Below the pieces are notes generated by a model. That model did no database searches. It was not told the DNA's origin and was given only the letters and a program-made list of their open reading frames with translations. A stretch of 64,000 nt of DNA from the NCBI GenBank assembly GCA_016194745.1, contig JACQBA010000012.1, forward strand, positions 85,224 to 149,223. The letters run 5' to 3'. Every line of letters starts with the position of its first letter. Position 1 is the stretch's first letter. Below are positions 19,141 to 28,010 of the stretch, in pieces. The position numbers and the translations under genes are program-made. The DNA is from Elusimicrobiota bacterium (GTDB lineage: Bacteria > Elusimicrobiota > Elusimicrobia > UBA1565 > JACRDR01).

Positions 19141-20179
19141 CCGCGGCGGCGCGCTCGACGGTCCGCCGCGCGGCGTCCGTGCCGCCGCGGGCCGCGCGGG
19201 CGTCGTAGACGGGCGCGTAGTCGAGGTCGAGGGCTTGCGCCGCCTTGGGCTGGTCCGCGCGGTAGTCCTCGCCCGCCAAGGCCGCCACAGTCGAGGCGAC
19301 CTGCGCCTGCGTCGCGTCCTCGTCGCAGACCTCGCCGCCCCAGCCCGCGCCGCGTCCCATCGTCGCGATCCACATGTTCTCGGAGCCGGGCACGTCCTTA
19401 TAGTGGTCCGTCCACCGCGGACCCTCGCCGCGTCCGTGATCGGTCGTCACGACGAGCGCGGTGCGCCCGCGGTACTCGGGCATCGACTGGACGGCGCTCC
19501 AGATCTCGCGCAGGAAATCGTCCACGCGCTTGATCGCCCTCAGGTATTCGCCGTAGCGGCCCTCGTGCCCGCGGTTGTCGGTCTCGCCGTACAGGACGTA
19601 GAGCACGCGAGGCTTCTTCTCCCGCAGGTACTTCATGACGGCCTCGTGCGTCTGGACGTCGGAGTCGACGCTCGGGAACCAGACCGGGAGCCTGCTCCGG
19701 TCCGTGTTCAAGATGAAGGGCAGCACGTCCCAGTTTCCGAAGGCGGCGACGCGCCCCTTGAATCCGGGCCGCGAGTTGAGCCACTCGAGGACGGAGACGT
19801 TCGGATTAGGGACCTTCCCGTTGCTGTCGATTCTCGGGTCGGGAAAGCCGCCGAGGATTTCCTGATATCCCGGATAGGAGAAGTTGAGTCCGTTCGTCAC
19901 GCGCGCCGCGCTGCCCAGGTCCTGGTTGCCCCAGATGCGGCCGCGGCGGCCGGCGTGGCTCCAGAGAAAGGGCATGAGCGCTCGGCGGCGCTCGATCGGG
20001 TCCTCGCGCCAGAACTCGCGGCGCGCGTCTTGCTCGTTGGGTCCCAACAGCGCGGCCTCGGCGCCCGAGAAGACCTCCCGCCAGCGCACGCCGTCGGCGG
20101 TGACGAGGATGACGTTTTGGGAGAACGCGGCGGCGGGGACTGCGAGCGTGGCGGCGATCGCGACGATGAGGCGGTTCAT
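19124..20179 (-). CDS. Secreted alkaline-phosphatase-superfamily metalloenzyme (phosphomutase/phosphatase-like)
   Basis: Signal peptide. VVTTDHGRGEG and YVLYGETDNRGHEG motifs resemble metal-binding segments of the AP/phosphoglyceromutase superfamily. Confidence 0.55.
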   Translation of the reverse strand: MNRLIVAIAATLAVPAAAFSQNVILVTADGVRWREVFSGAEAALLGPNEQDARREFWREDPIERRRALMPFLWSHAGRRGRIWGNQDLGSAARVTNGLNFSYPGYQEILGGFPDPRIDSNGKVPNPNVSVLEWLNSRPGFKGRVAAFGNWDVLPFILNTDRSRLPVWFPSVDSDVQTHEAVMKYLREKKPRVLYVLYGETDNRGHEGRYGEYLRAIKRVDDFLREIWSAVQSMPEYRGRTALVVTTDHGRGEGPRWTDHYKDVPGSENMWIATMGRGAGWGGEVCDEDATQAQVASTVAALAGEDYRADQPKAAQALDLDYAPVYDARAARGGTDAARRTVERAAAVKLPW

Positions 20180-20385
20180 GAGGCCTCCTCCGAGCCAACG
20201 CCTCCCTCTCCCGCGTGCGAGAAAGAGGGGGAACTTGCGGGCACTCTAATAATTCGGACCGTGGACCGCAAGTCCTATTTCTATGTAGGTCTAAAGACCC
20301 GTATCCATTGAACCCCTCCGCGGCGTCTCATGAGTGCGGCCGCGATGGAATCGCCTGGCCGGAAAAAGTAAACTGCGGCTACGGC

Positions 20386-21690
20386 GTGACAAACTCTCCC
20401 CTGACTCGGAGTCTCCTCGGCGCGGCCCTCCTCGCGGCCGGCTCGGCCCCTCTCGCGGCGCAAGCGATATCGACGGTCCCGATGCGCGTCGCGGAGGCCT
20501 CGCCCGGCACGATCCGCACCTTGTCCGAGGCGTTCACGAAGGCGCTCGCGGCGAGCGAGACGATCGCCATCAGCGAGCAGTCGATCCGCCAGGCGGAGGC
20601 TCTCTTCCGCAAAGCGCTCGGCGCCTCCTTCCCGTCGATCTCGATCCGCTCGAACACCTTCTGGCAGGACGAGGTGCGCGGCCGCTCCGAGACGGACGCC
20701 GGCCTCCGGCTCAGCCAGACCAATCTGACGGGATACCGCGAGCTCTTCGCGGTCAAGGCGGCGAAGGCGACGCAGCGTCAAAAGGAGTTCGACATCGCCC
20801 GCGCCGAGCAGCTCCTGTTCCTGACCGTCGCGACCGCGTACTACGGGCTCATCCAGGCGCGCGACAACGTGACGACGACGACGCAGCTCAAGGAGTTCTC
20901 CGACCGCCGCGTGAAGGAGCTCAAGGAGCGCGTGCGCGTCGGCCGCAACCGCGAGGCCGATACCGTGACCCAGGAAGTGCAGATCGCCTCGCTCGACTCC
21001 CAATCGGAGGAGAGCCGCCGCCAGGCGGGCGCGTTCACCGACCTTCTCTTGTACCTGACGAAAGCGCAGGCGGTCGAGCCCGACGCCTCCGAGTTCTCGT
21101 CCGCCTTCGACAAGACGATCGACGCCTACGCCGCCCGCATCGAGAAGCGCCCGGACGTCGCGTCGGCGCGGATGGCCGCGGACGCCGCCGCCGACGCGGT
21201 CCACGTCGCGCGCGCCGACCGCTTCCCGCAGATCGGCATGACGGGCAACGCCTACCGCTACCGTCCCATGACGCGCGAGAAGATCGACTGGGACGCGACG
21301 CTGACGGTGACGCTCCCCGTGTGGACGTGGGGCAGCCTCTGGGCGTCGGTCGACTCGGCGAAGACCTTCTCGGTCGCGCAGGACCTGGCGCTCCAGTCGG
21401 TCCGCCGTCAGGCCGACGTGGACGTCAAGAACGCCTATCGTGATTTCGCTTCCGCCCGAGCCCAGTTCGAGATCCAAAAACGCGCCGTCGACTTGGCTAG
21501 GCGCGCCTACGACCTGCAGCGGCACGACGAGAGCCGCAGCCTCGTCACCAACATCGAAGTGCTCGATTCGCTCGACCGCTTGAACTCGACGCGCCTCGCC
21601 TTCAACCGCGCGCTGTTCAACGCCCGGCTCAGCGCGCTGACGCTCGAGCTGTCCGCCGGAGCGCGGCCCCAGGAGATCAACGCCCGATGA
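20386..21690 (+). CDS. TolC-family outer-membrane efflux channel
   Basis: Two-repeat coiled-coil/barrel architecture and a signal peptide after the in-frame GTG at 20386. The track ORF starts at 20215. Its stop overlaps the RND pump start (ATGA). Confidence 0.7.
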   Translation: MTNSPLTRSLLGAALLAAGSAPLAAQAISTVPMRVAEASPGTIRTLSEAFTKALAASETIAISEQSIRQAEALFRKALGASFPSISIRSNTFWQDEVRGRSETDAGLRLSQTNLTGYRELFAVKAAKATQRQKEFDIARAEQLLFLTVATAYYGLIQARDNVTTTTQLKEFSDRRVKELKERVRVGRNREADTVTQEVQIASLDSQSEESRRQAGAFTDLLLYLTKAQAVEPDASEFSSAFDKTIDAYAARIEKRPDVASARMAADAAADAVHVARADRFPQIGMTGNAYRYRPMTREKIDWDATLTVTLPVWTWGSLWASVDSAKTFSVAQDLALQSVRRQADVDVKNAYRDFASARAQFEIQKRAVDLARRAYDLQRHDESRSLVTNIEVLDSLDRLNSTRLAFNRALFNARLSALTLELSAGARPQEINAR

Positions 21691-24600
21691 TCTTGTCCGA
21701 CCTCGCCATCAAAAAGCCGGTGCTCGCGTGGATCCTGATGATCGCGCTCCTCCTCTTCGGAGGGCTTTCCTTCACGCGGCTCGGCGTGTCGCAGAACCCC
21801 GACGTCGACTCGCCCGTGGTCAACATCCGCTTGAACTGGGAGGGCGCGGCGCCCGCGGTCATGGAGAACGAGGTCATCGACCCCGTCGAGGAATCCTTGA
21901 TGACGATCTCGGGGATCAAGACCGTGCGCTCGACGTCCCGCTTCGGCTCGGGCACCGTCACGGCCGAGTTCGATCTCTCGAAGCAGATCGACGTCGCGGT
22001 CCAGGAAGTCCAGACGCGCATCGCCCAGGCGCAGCGCAACCTGCCGCGCGACATGGACCCGCCCGTCGTGCAGAAGGTCAACCCCGAGGACCAGCCGATC
22101 ATCACGGTCGGCGTGTCGGGCACCAAGCCCTACAAGGACTTGGCCAAGTACGTGCAGGACATCGCCATGGACCGCTTCCAGGTGGTCCCCGGCGCGGGCG
22201 AGGTGAGCTTGAACGGCTTCGTGGCTCCCAATCTCCGCGTCTGGCTCGACAGCCAGAAGATGAGGGACCTCCAGATCACCGTCGACGACGTCGTCGCCGC
22301 GATCCAGGCCCAGCACTCGGAGATGCCGGGCGGCGTGCTGCAGACCGCGGAGGAAGAGCAGAACGTCCGCGTCATGGGCGAGGCTGGCTCCGTCGCCGAG
22401 TTCGGCAGCATCACGATCCCTTCCCGCGTCGGCGGCGGCGGCATCCTTTGGCGCACGATCCGGCTCAAGGACATCGCGGAGATCGAGGAAGGACTGGCCG
22501 ATGTGCGCTCCATCTCGCGCGTCAACCGCGAGACCTCGATCGGCCTCGGCATCCGCAAGCAGCGCGGGTCGAACGCGGTCGAGGTCGCCCACGGCGTGCG
22601 CAATACGATCACGGAGCTGCAGAAGTACGCGCCCGAGGGCGTCAAGCTGGGCGTCAACTACGACACCACCCGATTCATCGAGGACAACATCCACGAGCTC
22701 CTGTTCACCTTGATCCTCGCGATCCTGCTGACGGGCGTCGTGTGCTGGATGTTTCTCGGTTCGTGGAGCTCGACGCTGAACGTCATCTTGGCCATCCCGA
22801 CGGCCCTCGGCGGCACCGTCTTCGTCATGTACTTCATGGGATTTACGCTCAACACGATCACGTTGATGGCCATCTCGCTCGTCGTCGGCATCGTGGTCGA
22901 CGATGCGATCGTCGTGCTCGAGAACATCGCCCGCCACCGCGAGGAGGGGAAGTCCCTCGTCAAGGCCGCGGTCGAGGGCGCGCGCGAGATCATGTTCTCG
23001 GTCATCGTCATCTCGAGCGCCGTCATCGCGATTTTCCTGCCGGTCGCGTTCATGAAGGGGATCATCGGCAAGTTCTTCTACGAGTTCGGCGTCACGATCT
23101 CGGTCGCGGTGGCCTTCTCGCTGCTCGAGGCCGTGACCCTGGCGCCGATGCGCTGCAGCCAGTTCCTCGCGGTCGGGCACTCGACCGGCATCGGGAAGGT
23201 CATCGACGCCTTGATGGAGCGCCTGGTCGCGGCCTATCGCCGCTCGCTCGACTGGTCGCTCGACCGTCCCTGGGCCGTGCTGATCGCGGCGACCGTGCTC
23301 TTCGCGGCGTCCCTCGGCCTCGCCGGGCGGCTCAACCGCGAGATGATGCCGGCGCAGGACCAGGGCAACTTCATCGTGCGCATCCAGATGCCCCCCGGCA
23401 CCTCGCTCGGGGCCACGTCCGAAGCCTTCTTCCGGGCGGAGGAGTGGCTGTCGAAGCGCGGCGAGGTGGAAAAGTACTTCGGCACGATCGGCGGCGGCGG
23501 CGGTTCCGAGGTCAACTCGGGGCGCATCTTCATCACCATGAGGCCGCGCAAGGACCGTCCGGTCAACAAGGAGAAGAAGCGCTCGCTCAGCCAGCAGGAG
23601 TTCATGCAGGCGGCGCGCAAGTCCTTGTCCAAGATCGAGGGCATCCGCCGCGTATCGATCGAGGACCGCTCGCAGACCATCACGACCGGCGGCGGCCGCG
23701 GCTTCCCGATCGAGTTCTCGATCCGCGGCCCGGACTGGGAGAAGCTCGGCGAGTACGCCGAGGCGATCCGCGAGAAGCTGCAGGACACGGGCCTCGCGGT
23801 CGACGTCGACACGAGCTACGTGCTCGGCGTCCCCGAGGTGCGCGTCGTGCCGGACCGCGAGAAAGCCGCGTTCCACGGCGTCACGATCTCGGCCATCGCC
23901 CGCACCATCAATTCGACCGTCGGCGGCGTGCGCGCCGGGAAGTACACGAAGGGCGGCCGGCGCTACGACGTCCGCGTCAGCCTCTCCAACAAGGAGCGCA
24001 AGGGGAAAAGCGACATCTCGAAGCTCTGGGTGCGCAACGTGCGCGGCGAGCTCGTGCCGCTCGCGCAGGTGACGCGCATCATCACCCAGCCGACGCTCCT
24101 CTCGATCCAGCGCGAGGACCGCCAGCGCGGCGTGAACGTGTTCGGCAACGTGGCTCCCGGCAAGTCGCAGGCCGACGCCATCGGGGCCGCCCTGCGGGTC
24201 GCGAAGGAGACGCTGCCGGACGGCTACGTCGTCAAGACCTCGGGCAGCGCCAAGCAGTTCCAGGAGATGTTCCAGGAACTCGGCTTCGCCCTCCTTCTCG
24301 GCATCGCGATCGCGTACATGATCCTCGCGGCGCAGTTCGACAGCTTTGTCCATCCCTTCACGATCCTGCTCGCCCTGCCCTTCAGCCTCTCGGGCGCCCT
24401 GATCGGCCTGTGGGCGCTCGGCCACTCGCTCAACATGATGAGCGCGATCGGCATTCTGCTCCTCATGGGCATCGTCAAGAAGAACTCGATCCTGCTCGTC
24501 GAGTTCGCCAACCACAAGCGCGGCGAGGGGCTGAAATATCGCGCGGCGCTGCTCGAGGCGTGCCCGCTTCGGCTGCGTCCGATCCTGATGACCTCGCTCG

Positions 24601-24812
24601 CCATCGTGGCGGGCGCCGTCCCGGCCGCGATGACGTTGGGCCCCGGCGCCGAGCTGCGCGCGCCGATGGGCGTCGCCGTGATCGGCGGCACCTTGCTCTC
24701 GACGCTCCTCACGCTGTACGTGGTCCCCTGCGCCTACAGCCTCCTCACCCGCCTCGAGTCCACCCGCCACGTCGCCCGCCGCGACGAAGTCAAACACGCG
24801 CTGACGGCCTAG
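21687..24812 (+). CDS. RND-family efflux transporter permease (AcrB/HAE1-like)
   Basis: 1041 aa, MILSDLAIKKPVLAWILMIALLLFG start, 12-TM plus two large periplasmic loops architecture, typical AcrB-family blocks throughout. Confidence 0.9.
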   Translation: MILSDLAIKKPVLAWILMIALLLFGGLSFTRLGVSQNPDVDSPVVNIRLNWEGAAPAVMENEVIDPVEESLMTISGIKTVRSTSRFGSGTVTAEFDLSKQIDVAVQEVQTRIAQAQRNLPRDMDPPVVQKVNPEDQPIITVGVSGTKPYKDLAKYVQDIAMDRFQVVPGAGEVSLNGFVAPNLRVWLDSQKMRDLQITVDDVVAAIQAQHSEMPGGVLQTAEEEQNVRVMGEAGSVAEFGSITIPSRVGGGGILWRTIRLKDIAEIEEGLADVRSISRVNRETSIGLGIRKQRGSNAVEVAHGVRNTITELQKYAPEGVKLGVNYDTTRFIEDNIHELLFTLILAILLTGVVCWMFLGSWSSTLNVILAIPTALGGTVFVMYFMGFTLNTITLMAISLVVGIVVDDAIVVLENIARHREEGKSLVKAAVEGAREIMFSVIVISSAVIAIFLPVAFMKGIIGKFFYEFGVTISVAVAFSLLEAVTLAPMRCSQFLAVGHSTGIGKVIDALMERLVAAYRRSLDWSLDRPWAVLIAATVLFAASLGLAGRLNREMMPAQDQGNFIVRIQMPPGTSLGATSEAFFRAEEWLSKRGEVEKYFGTIGGGGGSEVNSGRIFITMRPRKDRPVNKEKKRSLSQQEFMQAARKSLSKIEGIRRVSIEDRSQTITTGGGRGFPIEFSIRGPDWEKLGEYAEAIREKLQDTGLAVDVDTSYVLGVPEVRVVPDREKAAFHGVTISAIARTINSTVGGVRAGKYTKGGRRYDVRVSLSNKERKGKSDISKLWVRNVRGELVPLAQVTRIITQPTLLSIQREDRQRGVNVFGNVAPGKSQADAIGAALRVAKETLPDGYVVKTSGSAKQFQEMFQELGFALLLGIAIAYMILAAQFDSFVHPFTILLALPFSLSGALIGLWALGHSLNMMSAIGILLLMGIVKKNSILLVEFANHKRGEGLKYRAALLEACPLRLRPILMTSLAIVAGAVPAAMTLGPGAELRAPMGVAVIGGTLLSTLLTLYVVPCAYSLLTRLESTRHVARRDEVKHALTA

Positions 24813-24921
24813 TCTCCTCTCGCAGGTCTTCCAAATCTCAAAGTGTTGCACTAGGATATTGAACTCTTGGGTGACGAGGCGGTGATCCTCGGAAGTAATT
24901 CATTTAGTACCATATAGAGCC

Positions 24922-26748
24922 ATGATCGAGACGGAACTTCAGGCGGGGGCGCTGCTCCACGGGGAGCTCGTGTTCTGGACGCCGCGGCCGACGGACAAGT
25001 CGACCGTCATCCAGGTGCTCGCGCGCAAGATCTGCGAGGGCGGCCAAGGCATGGCGCAAAAGGACCTCCTCTACGCGGTCTCCCAGCGCGAGAAGATGGG
25101 CTCGACCGCCCTCGGCAAGGGGATCGCCTTCTGCCACGCGCGCACCGACAAGATCCCGAACCTGACGATCGCCATGGCCGTCTGCCCCGAGGGCGCGGCG
25201 GACTTCGCGCCGCCCGACGGGGTCCCGGTCAAGATCGTCCTCATGTTCGTCATTCCGAAGCAGCACTCGGACCTCTACCTGCGCGCGATGTCGGCTCTGC
25301 TGCGCCAGTTGAGCAATGCCGCGGTCATGGAGAAAGTGCTCGGCGCCCAGAGCGCGGCCGACGTGGTCCAGGCGGTCAACACCGACTCCCTGACCATCGA
25401 CCTCGACTCGATCTCCGAGCTGTTCGCCCGCGCCAAGGAGGAGGGCGTCGAGCCCGCGGCCGAGGTGCTCGCGCGCACGCCGCCGCCGTACTTGGCCGAG
25501 CTCATGGAGGACCTGGTCCCGAGCGACCGGCGCTCCTTCCTAGGGCGCATGGAGCCCGCGCGGGCCGCGGCCGTCATGGAGTACATGCGCATTCCGCCGG
25601 CCGCCGCCGCGCTGCGGCGCATGGACTGCGAGACGGCGGCGCGCATCCTCGGCTACATGAACATCGCGCGCTGCGCCGACTTGATCCAGCAGCTCGGCGC
25701 GGCGGAGCAGGGCGCCATCATCAAGCACCTCGGCACGCGCGCGGGCAGCGGCGTGCACGCGGTCCTCAAGTACCCGCCCTCGACCGCGGGCGGCATCATG
25801 ACGCCGGAAGTCCTCTCGATCGGCGACGACGCGACGGTCGCGCAGGCCTTGAAGCTCATCGCCGCCTTCCCCGACCGCCGGCAGACCGACCTCTACGTGG
25901 TGAGCCAAAACGGGCGCCTGCTCGGCAAGGCGTCGATCCACGAGGTCCTGGCCGCGTCGGCCGACGCGAACGTCGCCCAAATCATGCAGCGCAGCTGGGA
26001 GATGGTGCAGCCGGAGCAAAATGAAGAAGAGCTGCGCCACTTGGTCGCCCGCGGCCACCTGCGCTCGGTGCCGGTCCTCGGTCCCCATGGCACGCTCCTC
26101 GGCGTCGTGACCCAGGACGATCTCCTCGACGTCGTCGAGAAAGGGGCGAGCGAGGACTTGGTCCGCCTCTCGGGCTCCGAGATGGTCGACCCGCTCCACA
26201 CGCCGATCGCGACGCGCATGAGGATGCGCCTGCCGTGGCTCCTCCTGACCTTGGGCGGCGAGCTCTTCATCGCGCTCGTCATCTCCAAGATCTTCGCCCC
26301 GACGCTCGAGAAGGCGGTCGTCTTGGCCGCCTTCATCCCGGCCATCATGGCGACCGGGGGCAACGTCGGCCTCCAGTCGACCACCATGGTCATCCGCAGC
26401 CTCGGCATGGGCACCCTCAAGGCCAAGCACACGCGCACGATCGTCCTGGGCGAGCTCAAGCTGGGCATCCTGACGGGCGCCTGCTGCGGCGTCATCGCGG
26501 CCGTCGTCGCCTACATGATCAACTGGAACTATCACGAGGTGGTCAAGGTGAGCGTTTCCGTTTTCCTCGCGATGATGTCGGCGACCTTCGCGACGTCCTT
26601 GGTCGGGACGCTCGAGCCGCTCATCCTCCATAAGCTCGAGTTCGACCCGGCGACCGCGTGCGGGCCGTTCGTCACGATGTTCAACGACATCTTCGGGTCG
26701 ATCGTCTATCTCCTGATAGCCACGATCATGAACTTTTCGCCGAAATAA
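24922..26748 (+). CDS. mgtE: Magnesium transporter MgtE with an N-terminal PTS EIIA(Ntr)-like (PtsN-type) domain
   Basis: Residues ~1-150 carry REKMGSTALGKGIAFCHA, which matches E. coli PtsN REKMGSTGIGNGIAIPHG including the phospho-His. MgtE N-domain, CBS pair and MgtE TM domain (GGNVGLQSTT) follow. Confidence 0.85.
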   Translation: MIETELQAGALLHGELVFWTPRPTDKSTVIQVLARKICEGGQGMAQKDLLYAVSQREKMGSTALGKGIAFCHARTDKIPNLTIAMAVCPEGAADFAPPDGVPVKIVLMFVIPKQHSDLYLRAMSALLRQLSNAAVMEKVLGAQSAADVVQAVNTDSLTIDLDSISELFARAKEEGVEPAAEVLARTPPPYLAELMEDLVPSDRRSFLGRMEPARAAAVMEYMRIPPAAAALRRMDCETAARILGYMNIARCADLIQQLGAAEQGAIIKHLGTRAGSGVHAVLKYPPSTAGGIMTPEVLSIGDDATVAQALKLIAAFPDRRQTDLYVVSQNGRLLGKASIHEVLAASADANVAQIMQRSWEMVQPEQNEEELRHLVARGHLRSVPVLGPHGTLLGVVTQDDLLDVVEKGASEDLVRLSGSEMVDPLHTPIATRMRMRLPWLLLTLGGELFIALVISKIFAPTLEKAVVLAAFIPAIMATGGNVGLQSTTMVIRSLGMGTLKAKHTRTIVLGELKLGILTGACCGVIAAVVAYMINWNYHEVVKVSVSVFLAMMSATFATSLVGTLEPLILHKLEFDPATACGPFVTMFNDIFGSIVYLLIATIMNFSPK

Positions 26749-26814
26749 CAAAGCTCGCCACAAAGACACAGAGCGGATATTTAGCTTTACAGACACGAGA
26801 GAAGAGAGAGGCCG

Positions 26815-26903
26815 CAGAGACCTCATGATCTTCCTCTCCCGCTGCGCGGGAGAGGGTGGGCGTCGGGCCGGATGTCGTTCTCCGAGGTCTCTGTCTTTTC
26901 TCC
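26815..26903 (+). terminator. Compound hairpin terminator candidate downstream of mgtE
   Basis: Outer inverted repeat cagagacctc (26815-24) / gaggtctctg (26884-93) encloses a perfect 9-bp hairpin cctctcccg-ctgcg-cgggagagg (26833-55), followed by tcttttctcc. Confidence 0.4.
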
Positions 26904-27049
26904 GTCAACACCACTCCGTGTCTTAGCTGTCACTATAAAGTGATTGCAATGGGGCGCGCGGGTTGGTAGACTCCGCTCGTGCAACATAGGTCTTAGGGCC
27001 TAGATCGCGCGAGGTCCTTGAGGCCGATATTCGGGAGGGAGGCTCCCAA

Positions 27050-28006
27050 ATGAAACGAGGCCTGTTCCTGGCGTCCGTCGCATCGGCGTTCGTCGTCGCA
27101 GCCATCGCGTTCGCGTCCTCGAGCGTGTCGCAGATGGCGTCGCATAACAAAGCGGCCGAGCGCGTGAAGGCCATCGCCCAAGAGACGGGCATGGCGGCCC
27201 CGACGGGTACCCCGGCCGGAGCTCCCGCCGCGCAGGAGGAAAAGGCCGCGCCCGAGGCCCCGCTGAGCGGCCGATTCGCGGGCTACCCCGGCGCCCTCCT
27301 CAACCTATCTCCGGTCCCCTCCGAGCACCTGCGCGTCAAAGCCTCCGCGAGCTGCTCCTGCGACGGCGTGCGCATCTTCGACATCGAATGCGGCTCGGCG
27401 AGCCAGACCTTCGGCGTCGATGCGGCCGGCGGCTTCGTCGTCCCGGGGATGGACGTCGAGCTCTCGGACAAAGCGCCGATGTGCCGCGGCAAGAAGCGCT
27501 TCACCCAGCAGCTCTCCGTCATGCTGCCGAACGGCAAGTTCGTGACCTTCCATGACACGGGCGAGGACGTGCCGGAGCAGACGCCGTCCCTCGTTCTCGT
27601 GTACGCCCAGCCCGCGGAGCAGACGCTGACGCTCCCGAACGGCGCCCCCGCCGACGCCTTCATCGCGACGGACCCGCGCATCTCCAAGAACGCGGTCCTG
27701 GCGACGTGGACGCTCGAGCAGCTTCCGCCCGGCATGTCCGCCCGCCTCATCGCGACGAGCGCGCCGCAGGGCGGCACGCGCAGCGACGGCGACTGGCTGC
27801 AGCTCCTGTCGGCCGGCGGCAAGATCGCCGAGGAAGATCGCTGGTTCCTGTCTCCCTTCGGCCAGCTGACGTCGCGGCGCTTGCGCTTGACCGAGAAGAT
27901 CTACGCGGACAAGGGCGGAGCGCTGCTCGCGACGCGCACGACCGAGGGCGACGGGGCGACGATCTTCTCCCGCGTCCCGGCCGCCGTCGCGCTCGACGCC
28001 AAATAA
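27050..28006 (+). CDS. Hypothetical secreted protein
   Basis: Signal peptide (MKRGLFLASVASAFVVAAIAFA), 318 aa, no recognised motif. Confidence 0.5.
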   Translation: MKRGLFLASVASAFVVAAIAFASSSVSQMASHNKAAERVKAIAQETGMAAPTGTPAGAPAAQEEKAAPEAPLSGRFAGYPGALLNLSPVPSEHLRVKASASCSCDGVRIFDIECGSASQTFGVDAAGGFVVPGMDVELSDKAPMCRGKKRFTQQLSVMLPNGKFVTFHDTGEDVPEQTPSLVLVYAQPAEQTLTLPNGAPADAFIATDPRISKNAVLATWTLEQLPPGMSARLIATSAPQGGTRSDGDWLQLLSAGGKIAEEDRWFLSPFGQLTSRRLRLTEKIYADKGGALLATRTTEGDGATIFSRVPAAVALDAK

Positions 28007-28010
28007 GACT

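Noticed and set aside
24813-24921. Possible Mg2+ (M-box) riboswitch upstream of mgtE
   Set aside because: The leader is only ~110 nt and shows none of the M-box conserved helices that I can recognise. Regulation is more plausibly via the fused EIIA domain and CBS pair.
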